A DNA stretch of 64,000 nt from Myxococcales bacterium (lineage in GTDB: Bacteria > Myxococcota_A > Polyangia > Polyangiales > Polyangiaceae), in assembly GCA_016703425.1 (NCBI GenBank), contig JADJCA010000011.1:122050-186049 (forward strand), in the 5' to 3' direction. Shown piece by piece: positions 48,805 through 59,097 of this stretch. The notes beneath the pieces were generated by a model. That model did no database searches and was not told where the DNA came from. It saw only the letters and a list, made by a program, of their open reading frames with translations. The position numbers and the translations under genes are program-made. Position 1 is the first letter of the stretch. Each line of letters begins with the position of its first letter.

Positions 48805-50217
48805 TCAGGGCGGCGGCGCGACGAACGACGGAGCGGGGACCGGCTTGACGGGTGCGGCGCGGGAGCCTGACTCCCAAAGGCGCACTGGGGCGAAAGCGCC
48901 GATGCCCTTGTAGGCGCGCAGTCGCGAGCCATCGGGGCGCGTGACGCTCCCCACGAAGGGCCCTCTCCGGGGCGTCGAGCCGTCGCCGTCGAAGGCGAAG
49001 CGCGCCTCGAGGAGCAGCGCGTCGAAGGCCGCGTCATCGGCGAGCGCCTCGATGGCCAGCGCCGCGCGGGCGATGGCGCGGGCGTCTTTGGGGCCAGCGC
49101 CACGGCGAGCTCGCTCAGTCTCGTGCGTGACACGTTCTGCGAGGGCCCGAAGCTCACCGATGCGCGCACCCAAACGGCCGAGCAAGGGCAGCGCATCGTC
49201 GACGCGCTTGCGCTCAAGGACGCCGCGCGCGCGCGCGATCGCGGCCGCGCCGATGGCCTCCGCGAGGGGCGTGTTCCAATCGGGCGTCTTGCCGACGAGC
49301 AGGGCCGCCACCGCCGCCTGACGCTCCACCAAGCGACGCCGCGCGGCGCCGTCGACCGGCACCGAGGCCGGCGGCTCAGCCGCGCGAGGCGTCGCTCCTA
49401 CCGCACCCCGCTTGTCCGGCCTCATGTTGCGGAGCCGCGAGAGCTCCCCGGCGATCTCAACGAAGGACTCGAAGCCAGCGTCCCGCTCCAGGAGGATGGG
49501 AACGTCCGGCGACACCTTGAGCACGGCGTCGATGAGTCGATACACGGCGTCGGGGACGGCGTGGGCGTGGGTGTCGAAGTAGAAGCCGTCTTCCCAGACG
49601 CCGCCGGCGACGTGGAGCATCGCAACCTGCTCGAGAGGAAACGCGCGGAGCGTCGCCAGCGGATCATGGCCGGAGTTCACGGCGTTGGCGTAGAGGTTTC
49701 CGACGTCCAGCAAGAGGTGGCAGCCGGTCCGACGGACCACCTCTTGGTAGAACGTCGGCTCGTCCATCTCGTGGTCCGGCGACGGAAACGTGAAGGCCAC
49801 GTTCTCGAGCAGGAGCGGAATGTCAGGCAGGACGCGCCGCGCTTTGGCCACGTTGGCCGCGAGGACCTCGAGCGCCGCGCGGGTGCGCGGCAACTCGGTG
49901 AGGTGACCGATCTCGTGACGACCGCCGCGCGTGAACGCCACGTGCTCCGACACGAGCGGCGCGCGAAGCTCGCGGCACAGTGCCGCGAGGCGCTCGAGCC
50001 GCACCTCGTCGATGCCGTCGGCGCTGCCCAGAGAGAGCTTCACGCCGTGCGGCACGACGGGCCACACCGAGGCGAGGGCCGCCGCCTCGCGACGCGTGTC
50101 GCGCTGCGCGAAGCAGCTCTCGGCGACGACCTCGACGAAGTCGACGCGATCGCGAGCGAAGAGCAGCTCGGTCGCGATCTCCTTGCGGTGGCCGACGCCT
50201 GTCGCTCGGGAAAACAC
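48805..50217 (-). CDS. DUF692 / MNIO-family enzyme (MbnB/TglH/BufB-like multinuclear non-haem iron oxidase, TIM-barrel) with a roughly 190-aa C-terminal extension, possibly a fused partner domain
   Basis: DUF692 signature run: GVGHRKEIATELL, DFVEVVAESCF, HGVKLSLGS, LVSEHVAF, LLLENVAF, TGCHLLLDVGNLYANAVNSGHD, LHVAGG and DTHAH. About 280 aa of TIM-barrel are followed by an Ala/Arg-rich helical extension (RRRLVERQAAVAALLVGKTPDW...) that has the position and size of a DUF2063/MbnC-like partner. Confidence 0.8.
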   Translation of the reverse strand: MFSRATGVGHRKEIATELLFARDRVDFVEVVAESCFAQRDTRREAAALASVWPVVPHGVKLSLGSADGIDEVRLERLAALCRELRAPLVSEHVAFTRGGRHEIGHLTELPRTRAALEVLAANVAKARRVLPDIPLLLENVAFTFPSPDHEMDEPTFYQEVVRRTGCHLLLDVGNLYANAVNSGHDPLATLRAFPLEQVAMLHVAGGVWEDGFYFDTHAHAVPDAVYRLIDAVLKVSPDVPILLERDAGFESFVEIAGELSRLRNMRPDKRGAVGATPRAAEPPASVPVDGAARRRLVERQAAVAALLVGKTPDWNTPLAEAIGAAAIARARGVLERKRVDDALPLLGRLGARIGELRALAERVTHETERARRGAGPKDARAIARAALAIEALADDAAFDALLLEARFAFDGDGSTPRRGPFVGSVTRPDGSRLRAYKGIGAFAPVRLWESGSRAAPVKPVPAPSFVAPPP

Positions 50218-50250
50218 GCGCCGGAGGTTAGCCGACCGGCGCGACGAACG

Positions 50251-51267
<1,017 letters not shown>

Positions 51268-51365
51268 GCTGCGCTCTCCAGTTCATGCTGCACCGCAGCA
51301 TTACCCTTCACGTAGCACCGCTTTTCGGTCGTGTCAGGTGTTTTGTGCAACGCAGCATTGCTGCG

Positions 51366-52727
51366 TCATCGCTTGCCGCGCAGGGCTTCGAGGCGCGCCT
51401 TGATGCGGCCTTCCTCGCCGCGCTCCGTCGGCTCGTAGAGCACCTCGCCCACGAGCGCCTCGGGGAGGTACGTCTCCCCTGGAACGACGCCGCCTTCGTA
51501 GTCGTGCGCGTAGGCGTAACCGGCGCCGTAGCCGTCGTCTTTCATGAGCTTCGTCGCCGCGTTGCGGAGCTTCTTGGGTACCGGCAAGGCGCCGTGCTCG
51601 GCGATGAGCGCCTTGGCGCGATGCCAAGCCAGGTTGGCAGCGTTGGACTTGGGCGCCGAAGCCAAATAGGTCACCGCTTGGGCCAAGGGGTAGAGTCCCT
51701 CCGGCATGCCCAGGCGGCGAAACGCCTGATCGGCCGTCATCGCCACGAGGAGCGCGCGCGGATCCGCGTTGCCGACGTCTTCGCTGGCAAAGATGATCAT
51801 GCGACGAAGCACGAAGAGCGGATCGTCTCCCGCCTCGAGCATGCGCATCATCCAGTAGATCGCGGCGTCGGGATCGGAGCCGCGCATCGATTTGATGAAC
51901 GCGCTGACGACGTTGTAGTGCTCCTCGCCGCTCTTGTCGTAGAGGAGCGGCTCGTGCTCTCGGTCGCCGGCCACAAGGTCGAGCGTGAGTCGCGGGGCGC
52001 CGAGGCTCGTCGCGTGTTCGGCCGCGACCTCGAGCGAGGTAAGCGCGCGGCGGGCGTCGCCTCGTGAGAGGCGCGCGAGCGCCACCAAAGCGTCGTCGTC
52101 GGCTTCGAGGGCCAGGGCTCCGAGGCCGTGCGTTCCATCGGACAGGGCGCGGCGAAGGAGGGCCACGACCTCGGTCTCCGAGAGCGCTTCGAGGCGGAAA
52201 ACCTTGCAGCGCGACAAGAGCGCCGCGTTCACCGCGAACGAGGGGTTCTCCGTCGTGGCCCCCACGAGCGTGATGGTCCCGGCTTCGACGTGGGGCAGAA
52301 ACGCATCCTGCTGCGACTTGTTGAAGCGGTGGATCTCGTCGACGAAGACGAGCGTCCGCTCGCCGCGAAAGTCGAGCGACTCCTTCGCCGCGCGGACGAT
52401 CTCGCGCACGTCAGCCACGCTGCCGAGGACCGCGCTGAAGGGAACAAAGTGCGCGCGCGTGCGGTTCGCGATGACGCGACCGAGGGTCGTCTTGCCGACG
52501 CCCGGCGGTCCCCAGAGGATCATCGAGGGGATGCGGTCGCGCTCGAGGGCGCGCGCCAGCAGCTTCCCCGGTGCCACGAGGTGGGCCTGCCCCAAAACAT
52601 CCTCGAGCGCGTCGGGCCGCATTCGCTCGGCCAGCGGAGCGGCCGCATCGCTGCCCGCCCCGGCGACGCGGCGGGCGGCCGAGAACAAGGTCTCGCCGCC
52701 GAGGTCCGATTTGGAGCGCGCCTTCAC
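51366..52727 (-). CDS. rarA: replication-associated recombination protein A (RarA/MgsA AAA+ ATPase)
   Basis: PLAERMRPDALEDVLGQ. Walker A GPPGVGKTTL and Walker B LVFVDEIHRFNKSQQD. RarA C-terminal domain (YDKSGEEHYNVVSAFIKSMRGSDPDAAIYWMMRMLEAGDDP). Start taken at GTG 52727; the track ORF runs 146 junk codons further and overlaps the divergent 52833 gene. Confidence 0.85.
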   Translation of the reverse strand: MKARSKSDLGGETLFSAARRVAGAGSDAAAPLAERMRPDALEDVLGQAHLVAPGKLLARALERDRIPSMILWGPPGVGKTTLGRVIANRTRAHFVPFSAVLGSVADVREIVRAAKESLDFRGERTLVFVDEIHRFNKSQQDAFLPHVEAGTITLVGATTENPSFAVNAALLSRCKVFRLEALSETEVVALLRRALSDGTHGLGALALEADDDALVALARLSRGDARRALTSLEVAAEHATSLGAPRLTLDLVAGDREHEPLLYDKSGEEHYNVVSAFIKSMRGSDPDAAIYWMMRMLEAGDDPLFVLRRMIIFASEDVGNADPRALLVAMTADQAFRRLGMPEGLYPLAQAVTYLASAPKSNAANLAWHRAKALIAEHGALPVPKKLRNAATKLMKDDGYGAGYAYAHDYEGGVVPGETYLPEALVGEVLYEPTERGEEGRIKARLEALRGKR

Positions 52728-52832
52728 GAAGCGAGCTTGGCGGCGAGCTCCGGCGGCGGCAACGAAAAGGTGTGCGAATTCCCGATCGGCACCGCTCCAA
52801 AGGGCGCGGGAGCGCCGTATAGTGAACGGTCT

Positions 52833-53954
52833 ATGGCAGATCGTCGGAGCTCGTCGGCACGACCTCGCGCGCGGGCCGCGCGGCGGGGCCGTCTGTCCTG
52901 GTGCGCGTCGCGCGCCGCAGCGTGGCTCTTGGCGGGCTCGGCACGGTTTGTCGGCACGGGGTTTGTCGGCACGGGGGTTGTCGGCACCGGGGTTGTCGGC
53001 GCGATCGGTGTTGGCGCGGTGGCCTTGGGGGCGAGCGCGTGCGCCGCCGGCGGTGCACCTTCGCAACCACCGTTCGTTCGCAGCGCGCGCCACGTCGACG
53101 TGGAGATCCCCCAGTTCGAGATTCACGCCGACAACGTCGACCGTTTCGCCACGTGTCCGCCGCAAGGCGGCATGACGCAGGGCTGGATTCCGCCGGTGCC
53201 GCCGTGGTCAGCCCCGAAGGGTGTGGTGGCCGCGCCGACGTCGACGCAAGCCGTCGACGCGGGTCCGTCTTTCTTCGGCGACGCGGCCCCGCCGCCGGAG
53301 GGCGAAATCAACCTCGGGCGCAGCTCCGCCGATCCGATGAACGCGCCGTCGCCGGCCGAGAAGGCGATCCGCGACACGTTGCAACCCTTCCGGGCGTGTC
53401 ACCGCCGCGCGTTGCGCCACGACCAGACGCAGAGCGGGCACGTCGCCGTCGTGGTTCGCGTCGGCGCCGACGGAAAGGTCGTTCGCACCGAGAGCCATGG
53501 CGCCTGCGACCTGTCTCGCGAAGCCATTGCTTGCATGTTGCAGACGGCCGCGCGTTTGCGGTTTGATCCGCCAGCGGACGGCAACGCGACCATCATCATT
53601 CCCGCGGTGTTCGCCCCTCGCGGCGGCATCGTGCGGGCGGTACCGGGCCAACACGACGACTACGCGGCGGCCGTGGCCGTCACCGTCGAGACGGGCCGCG
53701 CCGAGCTGCACGCGTGCGATGAGCGCGAGCGCCGCGCCGTGCGGCCACGCTCCGGCTGGGGCAACTTCATCATCGATCTCGACGAGAATGGGCGCGCGGC
53801 GCGCCAGAACATCGAACCCTACGACGGGAACCAGGAGCTGCTCCGCTGCGCGAGCGACGTGGTGGGTCGGCTAAAGTTTCCCGCGCCGCCGGGGGGCACG
53901 GCCACGGTGCGCGTCCGCATCGAGTTCAACCCGAGCGCCAGCGTGAGCCAATAG
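52833..53954 (+). CDS. signal-anchored protein with two AgmX/PglI-type C-terminal Cys-pair domains
   Basis: ATG 52833 (MADRRSSSARPRARAARRGRLSWCASRAAAWLLAGS...). The hydrophobic anchor contains FVGTG/FVGTG/VVGTG repeats. Two homologous about 75-aa domains, each with a conserved Cys pair (ACHRRALRHDQ...GACDLSREAIACML and LHACDERERRAV...LLRCASDVVGRL), resemble AgmX/PglI C-terminal domains. Confidence 0.6.
   Translation: MADRRSSSARPRARAARRGRLSWCASRAAAWLLAGSARFVGTGFVGTGVVGTGVVGAIGVGAVALGASACAAGGAPSQPPFVRSARHVDVEIPQFEIHADNVDRFATCPPQGGMTQGWIPPVPPWSAPKGVVAAPTSTQAVDAGPSFFGDAAPPPEGEINLGRSSADPMNAPSPAEKAIRDTLQPFRACHRRALRHDQTQSGHVAVVVRVGADGKVVRTESHGACDLSREAIACMLQTAARLRFDPPADGNATIIIPAVFAPRGGIVRAVPGQHDDYAAAVAVTVETGRAELHACDERERRAVRPRSGWGNFIIDLDENGRAARQNIEPYDGNQELLRCASDVVGRLKFPAPPGGTATVRVRIEFNPSASVSQ
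52945..53004. repeat. four tandem 15-bp in-frame repeats (TTTGTCGGCACGGGG x2, then 2 degenerate) inside the signal-anchor coding region
   Basis: 52945-59 and 52960-74 are identical. 52975-89 is GTTGTCGGCACCGGG and 52990-53004 is GTTGTCGGCGCGATC. They encode FVGTG-FVGTG-VVGTG-VVGAI. Confidence 0.8.
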
Positions 53955-53967
53955 TGCACCGACCTCG

Positions 53968-55962
53968 ATGTTCCATCAACGTCCGCATGCGGGCGTCTCG
54001 CTGCGCGAGGCGCCGGTGACGGCGCTCACCGACGCAGCTCCCGCGGGGCCGCGCTTCGTCGTCGTTCCCTTTGGCGTTCCCGAAGACGGACGCGGGCTCG
54101 GGCTCGGGCTCGCGGCGCTCGTTCATCACTTCGGCCGCCTCGAGGGAGACAACGTGGCGCTCGCGCAGCTCCTGTCGAGGCCGCAGGCGCCGAGTGAGAA
54201 GCCAACGGCTGCTGAAGCGGCCATGAACCCCGCGGCGTGGAGCGAGCTCGAAAAGAGAGGCGATGCACCGCGCGGCGTCGAGGTCGTGATCTCGGGCAAC
54301 TTCGAGCCGCCGGAAGGGGGGTCGGGACTCTTGGAGCTCGTAGCCTTCGACCCGAGCTCCGGGAAGGTTCTCGCGAGCGGCGAGACAACGGTGCTCTCGG
54401 CGCAGGCTGGCCGCGCTGTGGCCGAGACCTGCGACCGCGTGTTCCGCGAGATGGGCGGCGAGCTCGACCTCGCCTCGCGCGTGGGTGAGCTGGAATGGGA
54501 GGCCCTCGAGAGCATCCTCTACGCCGAGCGGGCCGCGATCTACGATCCGGTGCGCGGAGAGCCGCACGACCGCATGGCGGCGCTCATTCACCTGGGCCGC
54601 GCCGTCGAAGAGGCTCCGCGCTCGCGCTACGCCGCGAGCCGCCTCTCGCACTTGGCCCTCGAGGCCGCGATGCTGGGCGATCGGCGCCTCGCCGAAGCCG
54701 GCCATCGTGCCCTCGCGCGCGCGTCGGCCGACGCGCCGGCGAACATCGATCTCTTGGAGGCCCGCGCGGCGCTAGAGCTGCGCCTCGGGTCCACGGTGGA
54801 GGCCGAGGTCGCCGCCTTGTCGGCGCTCGCGCAGTCGCCGGGGCGCAGCCGGTTGCACGCGCTCGTTTCTGAGGCGCGCCGCACGCGCGGCGACTTCCCC
54901 GCGGCGAACGCCGCCATCGCCGAAGGCTTCACGAAAGCGGGCCGCGATCCGATCTTGCTCACGGAATACGGCACGCTCCAGGTCGAGAGCGGCGACGCGA
55001 TCGGCGCGCGCCACGCGTGGCTCGAGGCGTTGTCCTTCTCGCCGCTCTTCCCGCCGGCCTTCCTCAACCTGGCGGCGCTCGCGCTCCGGGAGCGCGACGA
55101 GACCGGTGCCGCGTCGCTCGTCGATCGCGCGCTCACAACGGACGCTGCCCATCCCGAGGTGTTGCGACGAGCCGTGGTGCTAGCGTTGGCCTTCGAGCCC
55201 GAAGGCTTGGCGCGGGCGGCGCGAATCGTGAAGATCGGCAACCTGCTCCTGTCGCATGCGCCCAACGACGTCTGGGCTCTCCTCGCCACCGCGCATGCGC
55301 TTTCGCAGACGGGCCCCAAGGAAGAGGCCCTGCGTCGCTTCCAACAGGTCGAGCGCCTGGCAGCCGACACGGCGCTGGCAGCGGAAGCCGCGCGCGGCCT
55401 CTTTCACGTGGAGGCACCTGCGGCGGCCCGCGAGATCGACGAGACCATCACGAAGGCACTCTCGGCGGAGCGCGCCGAGCTTGAGCTCATCGCGGGCCGA
55501 GCGCGGGCGCTCGCCCTCGAACACGGGGTGTGGACGGCGAAGCTCGCGGTCGGCATCGCGGAGCGGCGGCTCGGCCTTTCTACGGAGGCGTACCAGGCCT
55601 TCGAAGAGACGCTCGAACGAGCGCCCGGCTGCGTCGAAGCGCATCTCGAGCTGGCTACGCTCGCCGCCGAGGTCGATCGACCGGTCGACGCCGTGGCGCA
55701 CGCGGAGCGCGCCCTCGAATTGGCCGGCGAGTCGCGACAAACGCTCCTGGTGCTGGGGCAGGCGCTCGTGGCGGCGAGGCAACCTAACGACGCGCGCCTC
55801 GTGATCGATCGCCTTCTCGCCGCCGACGCCGACGATCCGGCCGCGCTGCGCCTCCTCGGCGACCTCGAGCGTTCGTCTTTGGCGCCGCCGCCGCCACCGG
55901 CCTCAACGCGGGGAAAGCTCGCGGAGCGCCTCGCGCGTTTCTCCGACCGATTCCGCAGGTAG
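53968..55962 (+). CDS. tetratricopeptide-repeat (TPR) protein
   Basis: 664 aa of Ala/Leu/Arg-rich helical repeats with recurrent A-x-x-x-L-E-x-A / LxxALxLxP patterns. Starts 14 nt after the 52833 gene, so it is probably co-transcribed. Confidence 0.65.
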   Translation: MFHQRPHAGVSLREAPVTALTDAAPAGPRFVVVPFGVPEDGRGLGLGLAALVHHFGRLEGDNVALAQLLSRPQAPSEKPTAAEAAMNPAAWSELEKRGDAPRGVEVVISGNFEPPEGGSGLLELVAFDPSSGKVLASGETTVLSAQAGRAVAETCDRVFREMGGELDLASRVGELEWEALESILYAERAAIYDPVRGEPHDRMAALIHLGRAVEEAPRSRYAASRLSHLALEAAMLGDRRLAEAGHRALARASADAPANIDLLEARAALELRLGSTVEAEVAALSALAQSPGRSRLHALVSEARRTRGDFPAANAAIAEGFTKAGRDPILLTEYGTLQVESGDAIGARHAWLEALSFSPLFPPAFLNLAALALRERDETGAASLVDRALTTDAAHPEVLRRAVVLALAFEPEGLARAARIVKIGNLLLSHAPNDVWALLATAHALSQTGPKEEALRRFQQVERLAADTALAAEAARGLFHVEAPAAAREIDETITKALSAERAELELIAGRARALALEHGVWTAKLAVGIAERRLGLSTEAYQAFEETLERAPGCVEAHLELATLAAEVDRPVDAVAHAERALELAGESRQTLLVLGQALVAARQPNDARLVIDRLLAADADDPAALRLLGDLERSSLAPPPPPASTRGKLAERLARFSDRFRR

Positions 55963-56002
55963 CGGCGGGACGCGGGGCGCGCTTTGGCTTGCGTCGACGA
56001 CG

Positions 56003-56680
56003 CTACGCCCGCTCGCCGAAGATGGCCGTGCCGACGCGCACCAAGGTGGCGCCAGAGGCGATCGCCACTTCGAGGTCGCTCGACATGCCCATCGACAGCT
56101 CGGGCAAGCGCGCGGGACCGCCGTGAAGGTTGCGAATCGAACGAAGCGTGTCGAAGACGCCGCGGCTCGTCTCGGGATCGCCGAAGGGCGGCATGGTCAT
56201 GAGACCGCGCAGGCGCAGGCTGGGTTCGCGCTCGACGGCCGCGAGCACGCCCTCCAGGTCGGCCGGCACAACGCCGCTCTTCTGCGCTTCGCCAGCGACG
56301 CTCACTTCGACGAGGACGTCGATGGCCCGAGACGCGAGCGTCGCGCGGCGCGCGAGCTCTCGCGCCAAGTGCGTCGAGTCGACGGTCTCGACGGTGCTCA
56401 CGACCGGCGCCACGAGCTTCACTTTGTTGGTCTGCAGGTGACCGGTGAAGTGCCACTCGATGTCAGCGAGATCAGCTAGCGCTTTCGCCTTCTCCCTCAG
56501 CTCTTGCGCGTAGTTCTCGCCGAAGGCGCGCTGCCCCGCCACGTAAGCCTCGCGAACGCTCGACGCCGGGTGAAGCTTCGAAATGGCCACGAGCCGCACT
56601 GTCGCCGCATCCCGTCCGGCGGCCTCCGCGGCGCGGGCCATGCGCTCTTTAACGGCGGCGAGGCGCGCGGCAACGCTCAC
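56003..56680 (-). CDS. yggS: YggS-family pyridoxal-phosphate homeostasis protein
   Basis: VRLVAISKLHPASSVREAYVAGQRAFGENYAQEL (PLP-Lys in ISK), WHFTGHLQTNK and SMGMSSDLEVAIASGATLVRVGTAIFG are YggS hallmarks. Confidence 0.85.
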   Translation of the reverse strand: MSVAARLAAVKERMARAAEAAGRDAATVRLVAISKLHPASSVREAYVAGQRAFGENYAQELREKAKALADLADIEWHFTGHLQTNKVKLVAPVVSTVETVDSTHLARELARRATLASRAIDVLVEVSVAGEAQKSGVVPADLEGVLAAVEREPSLRLRGLMTMPPFGDPETSRGVFDTLRSIRNLHGGPARLPELSMGMSSDLEVAIASGATLVRVGTAIFGERA

Positions 56681-57507
56681 CTTCGCCTCGCGTGCCAGAT
56701 CATGACGTCGCTCTCACCGGTGAGCGGGCCACCGGCGAAGTCGCCGTGCACGTCGATGGCCTCGAGGCCGTTGTAGTGGAGGAGCGCTTCGAACTCGGCG
56801 GGAAAGAACTGCCGGTGCGCCAGCGGCGTGCTCCAAGGCTCGGCGCCGTCGTGCGGCGTGAACTCCATCGTCACGAAGAGGATCTGCCGAACGGCGTCGT
56901 AGTCGAAGCGTTCGCGGTAACGGACGCGGCCCGCGGAGGGATGGCGAAACGGCGGCGAGCCGTGCCACTGGTTGGGATCGCGGGCGAGGTCGTACGGTTG
57001 CGGCGTCGAGAGATCCACGACGAAGCGTCCGCCGGGCCGGAGGTGCGCGCGGGCGCATGCGAAGAAGCCCTCCAGATCACGGCGCGTGAAGAGATGAAGC
57101 GCCGTGTTGAAGGCCGCGATGACGAGGGGGAATTGGCGCGCGAGCTTCTTCTTTCGAATGTCGCCGCGACGAAGCGTGATGCGCGCCTTGACGTGCGGCG
57201 GCTCGCTCGCGAGGCGGCGCTGAAGGTCCTTCAGCATGGCCGCGGACGCGTCGATGCCCACCACGTCGAGCCCGTGACGCGCCAGCGGGAGCGCGATGCG
57301 CCCGTTGCCGACGCCGAGTTCGAGCACCGGTCCGCCGATGGCGCGCGCCAAGTCGACGTAATACGCGACGTCGGCGACGCGGTTTTTATAGGTCGAGCCG
57401 TAGTAGGCCGGATCTTCGTAGTGTGCTGAAGCGCCGGCGCGCAGCTCAAGATCGCGGACGGTGCCGCGCAGCTGCGCGAGCACGCGACGGCCGGCGGAGC
57501 GCGTCAC
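56677..57507 (-). CDS. class I SAM-dependent methyltransferase
   Basis: Motif I VLELGVGNGRIALPLA (GxGxG) and post-I acidic residue (VVGIDAS). Its stop overlaps the yggS start (4 bp). Confidence 0.75.
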   Translation of the reverse strand: MTRSAGRRVLAQLRGTVRDLELRAGASAHYEDPAYYGSTYKNRVADVAYYVDLARAIGGPVLELGVGNGRIALPLARHGLDVVGIDASAAMLKDLQRRLASEPPHVKARITLRRGDIRKKKLARQFPLVIAAFNTALHLFTRRDLEGFFACARAHLRPGGRFVVDLSTPQPYDLARDPNQWHGSPPFRHPSAGRVRYRERFDYDAVRQILFVTMEFTPHDGAEPWSTPLAHRQFFPAEFEALLHYNGLEAIDVHGDFAGGPLTGESDVMIWHARRR

Positions 57508-57508
57508 G

Positions 57509-57751
57509 TCAGAGGATCGTGATCTTGTTCTGGCGGTCGATCCACTCGGAGACCACTTCGTGGCTGTTGCGGTCGTAGTGGACCTTGCCGGCGGCGATCT
57601 CGCGAAGCGCCGTAACGGCGGCCTTGTTCTTCGACGGAACGAGCGAGGTCGAGCCCTTCATCAGCTGACGGCAGCGCGTGGAGGCAAGCACGACCAGCGC
57701 GAAGCGGTTCTCTTCGCGCTCGAGGCAGTCTTCAACGGTAACGCGAGCCAT
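57509..57751 (-). CDS. rpoZ: DNA-directed RNA polymerase subunit omega
   Basis: [30 protein letters not shown] matches the RpoZ N-terminus (E. coli [30 protein letters not shown]). Read as an 80-aa product; the rest of the 316-aa track ORF is junk. Confidence 0.8.
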   Translation of the reverse strand: MARVTVEDCLEREENRFALVVLASTRCRQLMKGSTSLVPSKNKAAVTALREIAAGKVHYDRNSHEVVSEWIDRQNKITIL

Positions 57752-57926
57752 ACGTACTCCTGATTCCGAAGCGGGCGCGACGGCACAAGGCCGTCTTCCG
57801 AGTGGGGAACGGACCGTAGTCGCCCTTCTTCGGATGCGCAAGGGCGTGGCCTTTCGGTGGCCGCGGCGCCCTTCTGTTGGTGGCCTGAACGCATGCACCG
57901 TGCCTCGAGAGCGGCCCGCGCCGGCC

Positions 57927-59006
57927 TCAATGCAGCATCGCTTCGTCGTCGTCGGCGACGTCGACGCCGGGCGACTCGGCGCGGCGCAAGGCCACCGTTT
58001 CGCCGCGCGTGCACGCGCTCGTGACGGCTGGCGACGCGGTGCTGAGAATCCACTGGGCGCCGGGAATGGCCCGGCGCAAGAGGCCCGGGAGCGCTCGCAG
58101 CGTGGCCTGGTCCTGCCCCGCCTCGATGTCATCGACCAGCGCCACGCAGTCGCGCTCCCGGAGCGACCTGCCGAGGGCGCCGGGGCCAGCTCCGCCGATG
58201 GCGCGGAGGACCGAGGCGCCGATGGCCACCAGGTGGCGAGCGCCGCGGGGGAGCTCTTCGAAGCCGGTGGTGCGTCCCTCCGCGTCTCGGAAGATCGGCT
58301 CCAACGTGTCGAGCGCCACGCCTTCGAAGCGGCGACCGAAGGGCTCGAGCAACACGAGGAGCGTCTCCTCCAAGGCTTCTCGAAGCGCGATAAGGTGCGC
58401 GCCTTTCGCGTCGAGGGTAGCGCCCTTCTGCCGTTCTGCGGCGGCGAGCGTCGCGCCAATGACTGCGTACGAGAGGACCTGCTTGGTCTCCCTTGTCAGG
58501 TCGGCCCGCGTAGCATCCTCGACGACGGGGGGCGCCCTCACGTCGAATCGACCGACCGTCCGCTCTGGCTGCGTCAGGAGGTTCGGCGTCCTTGAGAACC
58601 AGCGAACGCCGGAGATCATCACGCAGGCGAAGCCCCCCTGCTCTTGCGCGCGCCGATCGAAGAGCGCCTGCTCCTTCCGACGAAAGGCCGTCTCGTCGGG
58701 CGACTCGCCTTCGAGAACCGCCGTCGGGCTGCTGACGCGGAGCAGGTGGGGCCGCTCCTCGTCTTCCTCACCAAGGACGTAGTCGCAAATCACCATCGGC
58801 GCCGCGTCACCGAACTTCCGACTCGGCGGCGGCGGCGCAGCGAAGCCGGGGCGCGTCGATGCGATGGTCGCGAGCAAGGTGGTCTTGCCGGTGCGATCGC
58901 CGCCGAAGAGAACGGTGAGGGGACGCGGCGTGCCGTCGTCGACGAAGGAGACGGTCACGTCGGCAAACGGCGAGAGCGCACGGATCCGGACGCGAGCGAG
59001 CTTCAC
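57927..59006 (-). CDS. P-loop ATPase (AAA/ABC-like ATP-binding protein), function unknown
   Basis: Walker [18 protein letters not shown] near the N-terminus. Walker B-like [13 protein letters not shown] near the C-terminus. 359 aa. Confidence 0.6.
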   Translation of the reverse strand: MKLARVRIRALSPFADVTVSFVDDGTPRPLTVLFGGDRTGKTTLLATIASTRPGFAAPPPPSRKFGDAAPMVICDYVLGEEDEERPHLLRVSSPTAVLEGESPDETAFRRKEQALFDRRAQEQGGFACVMISGVRWFSRTPNLLTQPERTVGRFDVRAPPVVEDATRADLTRETKQVLSYAVIGATLAAAERQKGATLDAKGAHLIALREALEETLLVLLEPFGRRFEGVALDTLEPIFRDAEGRTTGFEELPRGARHLVAIGASVLRAIGGAGPGALGRSLRERDCVALVDDIEAGQDQATLRALPGLLRRAIPGAQWILSTASPAVTSACTRGETVALRRAESPGVDVADDDEAMLH

Positions 59007-59097
59007 AGCGCGAGCGTATCGCCTAGCGCACCGGGCGTGTCCTCATTTGCCCTGCGGCGTGGCCAGCCCACAGCTCGCTCCGGAGGAAAGGTGCGAG

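Noticed and set aside
51366-53165. 599-aa track ORF on the minus strand with a 180-codon Arg/Ala/Pro-rich N-terminus
   Set aside because: Only the C-terminal 453 aa are RarA-like. The N-terminal part overlaps the real divergent gene at 52833 and has junk composition. Start reset to GTG 52727.
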